13,546 nt of DNA from Dehalococcoidia bacterium (GCA_963555985.3 CAUVXV020000005.1:1-13546); one strand, 5' to 3'. Counted from the first letter of the stretch, positions 1 through 7,347 are shown. The notes: generated by a model from the sequence alone, not told the origin. Numbers and translations: made by a program.

Positions 1-621
1 AGTTGGCTCTTCTTCGGAACGCTGCGCAGGTACTTGTCGAGATCGCGCCGGATCTTCTGATCTCCGCGCAGAGGTTCGAGCCAACTCATGAACTGGTCGT
101 TCGGCACGCGCTTCTTCGAGAGGCCGCCGAATGTGATCGGCAAGTGGCGAATGAAGCGCGGGCGGAGTAGCTGTGCGGTCAGGAAGGTGCCGCCCGGTAG
201 TGACGCATTGAGGCACAACAGCCTCCCTGGTAGCCCAGGCGGATAGTTGTCGAACGCTTCGCAAGAAACAAGCACGAGATTGGCGATTCGGTCACTTCCT
301 CCAGGGTGAACCACAAGTTGTGCGCCTCCCCAGTCGTTGCAGACCAGAGTCACGTCGGAAAGCTCAAGCTCGGCGAGGAAGTCGGCGAGGATCCCGGGCA
401 ATCGACTCCATCGACAGGTCGGCGTCCTCCGACATCGGCGTTCGGTGGGCGCCGAACGGCAACGCCGGAACGATGATCCTGTAGTGGTCCGGTAGCTGGT
501 CAATGACCTCGCTCCACAGTGTGCCATTCATCAGCACGCCGTGAAGGAAGACGACCGGAGGACCGTCGCCCCCGCTGTCGGAGTAGTAGAGGCCGGCCTT
601 GCTTGGTCCCTGCAACGTCAC
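1..621 (-). CDS. Alpha/beta-fold hydrolase with Asp nucleophile (epoxide hydrolase/haloalkane dehalogenase-like); one-base frameshift at ~393-398; runs off the window edge
   Basis: GTG start at 621 with AAAGGAGG RBS. N-terminus has PPVVFLHGVLMNGTLW (HG oxyanion motif). Removing one base in ATCCCGGGCA (391-400) continues the frame as ARILADFLAELELSDVTLVCNDWGGAQL...IANLVLVSCEAFDNYPPG..., open to position 1. NDWGG is the nucleophile elbow. Confidence 0.82.
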
Positions 622-623
622 GA

Positions 624-703
624 AGCTCCTCCTTTCGAGCTGGCCAGCGGTTGCGAACCGCCGGGACGATAGAGCGAAGGCACAGCGACTATCTCGAAGA
701 GCT
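624..703 (-). promoter_or_regulatory. Putative structured 5' leader (multi-stem) enclosing the hydrolase RBS
   Basis: Plus-strand complementary pairs: 624-628/699-703, 634-639/693-698, 644-652/656-664 (one G-U on the minus strand) and 669-672/689-692. The RBS core (629-633) is a bulge between the two outer helices. Confidence 0.3.
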
Positions 704-715
704 GATCGGCGTTCC

Positions 716-937
716 TTACAGCAGGCGCGGCGAGCGTTTGCGGCCTGGGCGGGGGTCGTAGTTGGCCTTGAACATCAGTAGTTGGTCTCGCTCGATCAGG
801 TACTTGCCTCCGTACATCCGCGCCGGGACCCGGCCCTGCTTGATTAGGCGGCGCATCGACTGCGGATGGATGCCCAGCTCACGCGCGGCCTCCACGATGT
901 CGAGCCAGCCCTCGAATGGATCGTCGCCGTTCGCCAT
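716..937 (-). CDS. Small excisionase/BldC-type (HTH_17, MerR-like winged HTH) DNA-binding protein, 73 aa
   Basis: WLDIVEAARELGIHPQSMRRLIKQGRVPARMYGGKYLIERDQL matches the HTH_17/Xis pattern. GGAGG RBS lies just upstream of the ATG. Basic tail PRPGRKR. Confidence 0.85.
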   Translation of the reverse strand: MANGDDPFEGWLDIVEAARELGIHPQSMRRLIKQGRVPARMYGGKYLIERDQLLMFKANYDPRPGRKRSPRLL

Positions 938-962
938 CGTGCTCCTCCAAACTGCGCAACGG

Positions 963-1000
963 AGTATACAAAATGCCCGCGCCGAGGCTGCCTATACACT
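963..1000. promoter_or_regulatory. Possible back-to-back -10 elements of divergent promoters (HTH gene vs acyl-CoA synthetase genes)
   Basis: TATACT on the minus strand (plus 963-968) and TACACT on the plus strand (995-1000). TATACA occurs twice (965-970, 993-998). No convincing -35 elements. Confidence 0.3.
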
Positions 1001-1036
1001 GCCCCCACGACCGCACTCAGCCCCGGAGCGCCGCCG

Positions 1037-1736
1037 ATGACCGCCGACGTGATCGCCCAAGCCCGCGCCCAACAGCGCACCATTCTCTCCGAGGTGGAGG
1101 CCAAGCAACTGCTCGCCGACGCCGGACTCAGCGTGACCGAAACCCGCCTCGCCACCTCGATCGACGAGGCCGCCGCGCACGCCGCCGAGCTCGGCTACCC
1201 GGTTGCGCTCAAGGTCGTCTCCGACAAGATCACGCACAAGACCGATGTGGGCGGGGTCGAGTTGGGCGTCGCCGACGAAGCAGCGCTGCGCGCCGCCTGT
1301 CAGCGCATTCACGAGCGAGTGATCGCCGCCGTGCCCGACGCCCAGGCGCAAGGAGTCTCGGTCCAGCCGATGGCCGAGCCGGGCGTCGAGGTGATCCTCG
1401 GCGTCACCCAGGACCAGCAGTTCGGGCCAGTGTTGATGTTTGGTCTGGGCGGCGTCTTCGTTGAGGTGCTCAAGGATGTCGCCTTCCGGATCGTCCCGCT
1501 CGAACCGCGCGACGCCGCTGAGATGATCCGGCGAGATTCAGGGCTTTCCCATCCTCGAAGGCGTGCGCGGACAGCCCGCCGCCAACCTCGAAGCGATCGA
1601 GGCGATGCTGCTCCAACTCTCCGAGTTCGCCGACGCGCATCCGGAGATCGCCGAACTCGATCTCAACCCGGTCTTCGCCCGGCCTGATGGAGCGGTGGCG
1701 GTAGACGCCCGCATTCTGCTCGCAGCCGAGGCGTAA
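1037..1736 (+). CDS. NDP-forming acyl-CoA synthetase (acetate--CoA ligase [ADP-forming] family) beta subunit, ATP-grasp, AcdB-like; one-base frameshift at ~1528-1531
   Basis: ATG 1037 with GGAG RBS at 1025-1028. Motifs LSEVEAKQLL, GYPVALKVVS, HKTDVGGV, VQPMA, FGPVLMFGLGGVFVEVLKDVAFR. Removing one base after ...AEMI continues as EIQGFPILEGVRGQPAANLEAI...EIAELDLNPVF...AVAVDARILL to TAA 1734-1736 (about 232 aa). Confidence 0.87.
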
Positions 1737-1746
1737 GCCTTCGTCC

Positions 1747-1790
1747 CCAAGCGAACAGAGCCGAACAAATCCGAACGAGCCCGAACACCC
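1747..1790 (+). repeat. Tandem 10-bp-period direct repeat (four CGAAC-containing units)
   Basis: CCAAGCGAAC / AGAGCCGAAC / AAATCCGAAC / GAGCCCGAAC (1747-1786). CGAAC starts at 1752, 1762, 1772 and 1782, directly before the AGGAG RBS of the alpha subunit. Confidence 0.85.
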
Positions 1791-1802
1791 AGGAGACCTC
1801 CG

Positions 1803-3215
1803 ATGGCCGTCACCCGTGAACGCCTCACCCGCGCGCTGGCGCCCAAGGCCGTCGCCGTGATCGGCGACAAGAAAGCCAGCGGCTACAACTGGCTGCGCTC
1901 GCTCCAGCCCTTTGACGGCCCGCTCTACAGCGTCCAGGTCGACGAGAACGAGATCCCCGGCATTGAAGAACTGGGCGTGCCCAACTACAAGTCGCTGACC
2001 GACATCCCGGAGCGGATCGACTTCGCCGTCTGCGCCGTCCCGCGCCAGGTCGCGCCCTTCATCGTCCAATCCTGCGTGGACGCCGACGTGGGCGGCGTCA
2101 CTCTGTTCACCTCCGGTTTTGCCGAGACCGGCGAGGACATCGGCGTCCAACTCCAGGACAAGATCTTCGAGATCGCCGATCCCGCCGGACTCGCCCTGAT
2201 CGGTCCCAACTGCATGGGCCTGCACGTGCCCGGCCTCGGCGTCCGCTTCAACCGCGACCAGCCCGCCGGGATCCAGGGCAACATCGGCTTCGTCTCGCAG
2301 AGCGGCACGCACGGAATGAACTTCTCCCTCACCGGCGCTGCGCACGGGCTCTACTGCTCCACCCTGGTCAGCTTCGGCAACGGGATCATCCTTGAAGCCG
2401 CCGACTACCTCGAATACCTGGCGGACGATCCTCAGACCGAAGTGATCGGGATGTACATCGAGGGCGCGCGCGACGGTCGCCGCCTGTTCCGGACGCTGCG
2501 CGAGGTGGCGGCGAAGAAGCCCGTGATCATCTGGAAGGGCGGTCAGACCGAGGGCGGCGGGCGCGCGATCCGCTCGCACACCGCCTCGCTCGCCAGCGAC
2601 CAGGCGATCTGGGAGGCGATGATCCAGCAGGTCGGCGCAGTCGCTGTACATAACCTCGACGAGATGATCGACGTGGTCAAAGCGACGCTGCTGACCAAGC
2701 GCACCCAGGGCAACCGGCTTGGATTAATCGCAATGACCGGCGGACAATCGGTCGTCCTCACCGACGCCTTCGAGAAGGCCGGTTGGAAGGTGCCCACGCT
2801 CTCCGACGAGAGTTACGCTCAGCTCGCCGACTTCTTCAACATCATCGGCGGCAGCTACCGCAATCCGCTCGACGCCGCCGGCACGATCGGTCAAGACCCC
2901 AAGCACCTCGACACGATCTTCGAGATCCTCAACCAGGACGAGAACATCGACGCAGTCGGGATGGAGCTCTCGGCCACCTTCATGGCCCGCCGCTGGCAGG
3001 ACAAGCCCGAAGAGTTCGATCGGCTAATCGGGTCATTGAAGCAGTTCATGAGCGAGTCGGAGAAGCCCTTCCTGACCGCGCTCCACCCCAGTCACCAGGA
3101 AGAGGCAGCGCTCAAGGCGCGTCTGCGGTTGCAGGAGGAGGGGATCGCAACATTCCCCAGCTTCGAGCGAGCCGCAAATGCGTTACGGAAGGCGTCAAGG
3201 TTGCGGGCGGTATAG
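1803..3215 (+). CDS. NDP-forming acyl-CoA synthetase alpha subunit (CoA-binding + ligase domains), AcdA-like, 470 aa
   Basis: AGGAG RBS. Motifs AVAVIG, YKSLTDIPERIDFAV, FTSGFAETG, IGPNCMG, FVSQSG, VSFGN, KPVIIWKGG, SHTASL (phospho-His) and NPLD. Adjacent to the beta subunit. Confidence 0.9.
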   Translation: MAVTRERLTRALAPKAVAVIGDKKASGYNWLRSLQPFDGPLYSVQVDENEIPGIEELGVPNYKSLTDIPERIDFAVCAVPRQVAPFIVQSCVDADVGGVTLFTSGFAETGEDIGVQLQDKIFEIADPAGLALIGPNCMGLHVPGLGVRFNRDQPAGIQGNIGFVSQSGTHGMNFSLTGAAHGLYCSTLVSFGNGIILEAADYLEYLADDPQTEVIGMYIEGARDGRRLFRTLREVAAKKPVIIWKGGQTEGGGRAIRSHTASLASDQAIWEAMIQQVGAVAVHNLDEMIDVVKATLLTKRTQGNRLGLIAMTGGQSVVLTDAFEKAGWKVPTLSDESYAQLADFFNIIGGSYRNPLDAAGTIGQDPKHLDTIFEILNQDENIDAVGMELSATFMARRWQDKPEEFDRLIGSLKQFMSESEKPFLTALHPSHQEEAALKARLRLQEEGIATFPSFERAANALRKASRLRAV

Positions 3216-4979
3216 TCAGCCATTTGGTGCGGCGGCGATCACGCCTCTGTACTCCAACAACGACGATCGGCCTCTGATAGCGACGATCCGAACGAGCCGC
3301 TCTCTACCGTTGGCATCCATCAGGTGTAGTTCTTCAACCTCCGGCGCGAACGTGACCGGCTGTTGTTGACCGCCGTTGATGGCGATGTTCGATGCGTACA
3401 GATACGTCCGATTGCTTGTGTCGAGAATCGGATTGAGCCTGCCTGTCAAACCCGGGACATCTCCCGTTGATTCCGGGAACACGATCGAGCCGCCGTCGGG
3501 CAGAGCCGCCAGTTCAATTGCAAGAGGCCGTTCGCTGGGCAGCCATTCCCGTTCCACATGAGCAGCTGCGTTCGGGCCAGCAACGAACACGGTCATCGGG
3601 AGATTGACTGAATGCAGGTCGAGTCGGGCCTCGCCGAGTTCGTTTGTGGATCCGGATTTCCAGGTGTTGTTGGGGAAGAGCGCCAACACCGTCGCACCGG
3701 CGAGCGGCGTTCCTTCCTTGCGGACCGTCACAACCACACTGGCTGGACCGGATTCAGGCTCGGCGGCGGGAAGCGTGAGACATAGCTCTGCACCGTCAAT
3801 CAGACGGTAAGCGGCTGGTCGACCAGTCAGAGCCAGTGTTTCACTCCTGATGATCGGCACACCATCGCCACGACGCTCTAAGAAGAATCGGCGTCCGGAA
3901 GCGGCGTCGATTCCGCTAGCGTCGATCCGGCCCAACATCGAGGTCAAGACTTCGTTTCGGGTAGACTGTCGCTCTCCCATGCTCTCGACCGTGAGGCTGT
4001 TGGGTAGTGATCCAGGAGAACAGAGTTCGAGCCGGTCGCTGAACATGCGCAGACGAATCCGTGCGCCGCGGATCGAGTAGTCCCTGTGAGCAACAGCGTT
4101 GACCAGCGCTTCGAAGATTGCGCGCCTGCTGTACTCCGGTAGATCTTCTCTGGCAGGCATCTTGCGGGCGCTGACGCGCATGTTGCGAGTCGCGAACGCC
4201 AGTGCGTTCCGGATCTGACGGTCAATCGGCCCACGGATCTCCTGCGCGTCGATTTGCCCGGACGCCGGTTCTGTTCCGCGATAGCAGACGGCAGTGATCG
4301 TGGCTTGTGGCAGGTATCGATCGGGCTCATCTGTGCATAGCAGCACGCCGGCAACGGTCGCGCGAGTGCGCCCTTGTTCGTCGGTTCGCAGCAGGCCGAG
4401 TTTTTCCAGTCCTACCTGTGGAGCCGACATACTCTCGGCACTCAGCAAAGGCTTCCAGAGTCGCTCGACCAGCGTCACAAAACCAGTGTTTTCGACCGTT
4501 TGCTCGTCGAAGCTCCAAAATCGCGTTTGACCTCGACGCTGCGACAGGCGCATACGGTCATCCGGCGACATGAGCCTCTTGGCGCTTCCGACCCGAATGT
4601 AGCTGCGCCCAGCCCGCTCATGCAGTGCGTAACCTTCGGGAATCTCGACCAAGATGAACGGCGACTGGTCGAGTTCAGTCCGATACACACGGGCGTGGAG
4701 CTCCGGGGAGATCGACTCCCGGCAAATCTCGCCCACGATGCGTTCCACGGCGTCCATCTGTGCTCGAGACATGCCGGGCACTGTGCCCTCGTCAGTGACG
4801 CCGAGGAGCAAGACGCCGCCACCGGCGTTCGCGAAGGCGACAATTTCATCAGCCCAGGTAGAGCGCTGATCGCGGCTCGGTTGATCCCCTCGAAACTCGA
4901 CCGACTTGAACTCCCACCCGTTGTCCTCGCCAAGCTCAAGGCGAGTGCGCAATTCGCTCTCGTTGTACTGCATCGTCAT
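3216..4979 (-). CDS. Schlafen/AlbA_2 domain + HATPase_c_4 ('RecG C-terminal-like') domain + uncharacterised beta-rich C-terminal domain
   Basis: AlbA_2 motifs LGEDNGWEFKS, DEIVAFANAGGGVLLLGVTDEG and YIRVGSAKRLM. HATPase_c_4 motifs AIFEALVNAVAHRDYS, RLELCSPGSLP, RNEVLTSML and ERRGDGVPII. The tail ASVVVTVRKEGTPLAGATVLALFPNNTWKSGSTNELGEARLDL resembles a carboxypeptidase-regulatory/transthyretin-like beta-sandwich. The start is probably ATG 4979 or 4973 rather than 5066. Confidence 0.85.
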   Translation of the reverse strand: MTMQYNESELRTRLELGEDNGWEFKSVEFRGDQPSRDQRSTWADEIVAFANAGGGVLLLGVTDEGTVPGMSRAQMDAVERIVGEICRESISPELHARVYRTELDQSPFILVEIPEGYALHERAGRSYIRVGSAKRLMSPDDRMRLSQRRGQTRFWSFDEQTVENTGFVTLVERLWKPLLSAESMSAPQVGLEKLGLLRTDEQGRTRATVAGVLLCTDEPDRYLPQATITAVCYRGTEPASGQIDAQEIRGPIDRQIRNALAFATRNMRVSARKMPAREDLPEYSRRAIFEALVNAVAHRDYSIRGARIRLRMFSDRLELCSPGSLPNSLTVESMGERQSTRNEVLTSMLGRIDASGIDAASGRRFFLERRGDGVPIIRSETLALTGRPAAYRLIDGAELCLTLPAAEPESGPASVVVTVRKEGTPLAGATVLALFPNNTWKSGSTNELGEARLDLHSVNLPMTVFVAGPNAAAHVEREWLPSERPLAIELAALPDGGSIVFPESTGDVPGLTGRLNPILDTSNRTYLYASNIAINGGQQQPVTFAPEVEELHLMDANGRERLVRIVAIRGRSSLLEYRGVIAAAPNG

Positions 4980-5166
4980 GGCGTCGTACGCGAAGTCCTC
5001 ATGCCAAGACTCTACCTGCTTGGGCGCTCGGCAAATCAGTGCCGAAGAGATGACGTACCCCCTCAAACATCATGCCCGCCCCCATCGTCTTGCAGCGCCC
5101 TACAACGACGAAACGCCCCTTATCCTGATCGGCGTCCGCGACCTTCCAAACCCGGCAAGCCGAATC

Positions 5167-5640
5167 TCAAGTGAACACGGCGAGGATTGAGGCGAGGGCG
5201 CCGAAGGCGGTGAAGCCGAGGCCGATCAGCCATTGGGTGCGGCGATCGCGATTGGCCTGATCGTCGCGCAGGCCAGCGTCGCGCTCAGCGATCTCGCGGC
5301 GCAGACGTTCATCGCGCTCGGCGACTTCGCGTCTGAACTCCTGGAGTTCGGAGGCGCGGAGGTCGTCGCGTTGCAGCATCTCGACGCGGAGCTCATGGAA
5401 CTCGCGCCGGAGGGCCTCGTGGCGATCAATCTGTGGACGTTCGCTCTCTTGCAGCGCCTCTTGGAGGGCCGAGCGGAGCTCCACGATGGCGGCGGTCACC
5501 CGATCTTCAGTCACGAAGTCGCTGGTCGCCTCGGCCCACAACTCGGAGTAGACCTCGCCGATGGCCAGAGCCGTCTCCGGGTCGCAGAGGCCGCGTTCGA
5601 CCAGGGTTCGACGCAGCTTGGCCTCATCCAGCGTCGCCAT
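5167..5640 (-). CDS. Tail-anchored coiled-coil protein, DUF1640/CCDC90 (MempromCC)-like, 157 aa
   Basis: Short helical head (LRRTLVERGLCDPETALAIGEV), neck-like DFVTEDRV (cf. LATKxDL), charged coiled-coil stalk with 11-residue repeats, and a single C-terminal hydrophobic helix WLIGLGFTAFGALASILAVFT. Confidence 0.7.
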   Translation of the reverse strand: MATLDEAKLRRTLVERGLCDPETALAIGEVYSELWAEATSDFVTEDRVTAAIVELRSALQEALQESERPQIDRHEALRREFHELRVEMLQRDDLRASELQEFRREVAERDERLRREIAERDAGLRDDQANRDRRTQWLIGLGFTAFGALASILAVFT

Positions 5641-5658
5641 CGTGCAACCTTCCCCGGC

Positions 5659-5703
5659 ATGGTAGCGCCCGCAATCCGCTCATACCTGCTAGGATACCTG
5701 CTA
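5659..5703. promoter_or_regulatory. Divergent promoter region with an extended -10 overlapped by a perfect 10-nt direct repeat
   Basis: TGCTAGGAT (5687-5695) fits TGnTAnnnT on the plus strand. TACCAT lies on the minus strand (plus 5659-5664). ATACCTGCTA occurs at 5682-5691 and 5694-5703. Confidence 0.4.
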
Positions 5704-5726
5704 CCTCGCCGCCATTGGATCGCGCC

Positions 5727-7308
5727 ATGCCCACCACAATCACTCCCCACGACCTCCAACTCCGACTCGCCGACGACGCGCCCTTCGCCTTGATCGACGT
5801 CCGCGATCCGCCCGAATACAACGCTTCCCACATCCCCGGCTCCTCGCTGATCCCCCGCCGGATGCTCGAATTCGACCTCCCCCACGCCGTGCCCCACACT
5901 GATACGCCGGTCATCCTCTGCGACGAGAACGAGCAGCGCGTTCACCTGGCCGCCGCGACCGTCGAAGAGTGCGGTTACACCGACGTGTACACGCTGACGG
6001 GCGGCGTCAACCGCTGGTCCTACCTCGATCTGCCCACCGAGTGGGGCGTCAACGTGCCCAGCAAGGACTTCGGCGAACGGGTGGAAGTCGTCCACCACGT
6101 GCCCGAGATTGAGGCCGACGATCTCCACGCGCGGATCGAACGCGGCGACCCGCTCGTGATCCTCGACACGCGCACGCCGGAGGAATACTTCCGCTCCCAC
6201 ATTCCGGGCGGGCGCAGCCTCCCGGGCGGCGAGTTGGCCTACCGCATCTCCGACATCCTCGCCGACGCGCCCCAGGACGCGACGGTCGTGATCAACTGCG
6301 CCGGACGCACGCGCAGCATCATCGGTACCCGCGTCCTCCAGCGCATGGGTTTGCAGCGCGAGGTGGTCGGCCTGAAAAAACGGCACCGCCGGCTGGATGC
6401 TCGCCGGGCACAAGCTGGAGCGGCTGGACAGCACGATGTCGCTGCCCACAGTCAGCGAGACGGGCCGGATCGCGGCCGAGCAGTACGCCCGCCGCTGCGC
6501 CGCCGAGGACGGCGTGCAGCTGATCGGTGTTGAGCAACTGGACGAGCTGAGCGAGCGCAGCCGCAGCGAGAGCGTCTACTTCATCGACGTGCGCACCGAG
6601 GAGGAGCATGAGGCCGGACACATCCCCGGCTTCCGTTGGTTCCCCGGCGGACAGGCCGTCCAGCGCAGCGACGACGTCGCCGTCGTCCACCACGCCCCGA
6701 TCGTCTTCGCCTGCGACGGCCTCGCCCGCGCTACGCTCACCGCCTCCTGGTACCGCCAGATGGGGCACCGACACGTCTACGCGCTCGAAGGCGGAACCGG
6801 CGCTTGGACGGCGGCCGGGCGCTCGCTGGAGTCCGGTTCGGAGCGCCCAGAGCCGCCCTTGCTCACGAAAGCACGCGAATCGGTTCCGATTGTCGAGCCG
6901 GACAAAGCGTTCGATCCGCTGGACGCACGGGTGATCCACGTCGGCACGAGCCAAGAGTTCGCTGACGGCCATCCACCGGGCGCGGAATGGGAGCCGCGGG
7001 CGTGGTTGGAACGAAACGTGAGAGCTTACGATGACGAGCCGATCATCCTGATCTGCGAGGACGGAACGCAGTCCCTGCTAGCCGTGCGCACGCTGCTGCG
7101 GCTCGGTCGTGACGACGTGAGCGCCGTGCGCGGAGGCATGGCGGCCTACCGCGAGCAGAGGCTGCCGCTCGAACTGGGTCTGACCGGCGTGATGTCCCCG
7201 CCCAACGACATCCTCAGCTTCGGCCCCCAGCGAGGCTACGCCGACATGCAGCACTACCTCCGCTGGGAAACCGCCCTCGGCGAGAAGTACGCCGCCGGCA
7301 CCGACTAG
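5727..7308 (+). CDS. Four-domain rhodanese-related sulfurtransferase (about 526 aa); one-base frameshift in the A6 run at 6375-6380
   Basis: Repeated rhodanese signatures LIDVRDPPEYNASHIPGS, ILDTRTPEEYFRSHIPGG, FIDVRTEEEHEAGHIPGF and HVGTSQEFADGHPPGA. Active loop CAGRTRS in domain 2; C-terminal MQHYLRWETAL. Five A instead of six gives LKNGTAGWML and joins the two ORFs. Confidence 0.88.
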
Positions 7309-7316
7309 CCAGCCCG

Positions 7317-7325
7317 TTATCCACA
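7317..7325 (+). promoter_or_regulatory. Perfect DnaA box
   Basis: TTATCCACA, an exact match to the canonical strong DnaA box. It is intergenic and ends 22 bp upstream of a -35 element; only one copy was seen. Confidence 0.55.
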
Positions 7326-7347
7326 TAACACTTCCCCTACTCACCAC

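Noticed and set aside
716-937. Prophage/ICE excisionase marking a mobile element
   Set aside because: No integrase, att repeats, tRNA or phage genes; the flanks are metabolic genes.
866-1036. N-terminal extension of the ACD beta ORF (start 866)
   Set aside because: It overlaps the HTH gene on the opposite strand. Family similarity and an RBS support ATG 1037.
1470-2651. Long antisense ORFs (1470-2651, 4374-5174, 5511-6449, 7493-8368, 10640-11596 and others)
   Set aside because: These are shadow ORFs opposite well-supported genes, expected from GC-rich codon bias, and carry no motifs.
5028-5110. Hairpins upstream of the Schlafen gene (TCGGCA-N6-TGCCGA; an imperfect stem near 5085-5110)
   Set aside because: They are short or imperfect with no U-tract, and not distinguishable from chance at this GC content.
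5433-5726. N-terminal extension of the rhodanese ORF (start 5433)
   Set aside because: It overlaps the coiled-coil gene and is low-complexity R/P/S sequence. The domain begins at ATG 5727.
6372-6384. Programmed ribosomal frameshift at CTG AAA AAA C
   Set aside because: Joining the frames requires +1, not the classical -1 slip, and four other genes show similar single extra bases, so assembly error is more parsimonious.
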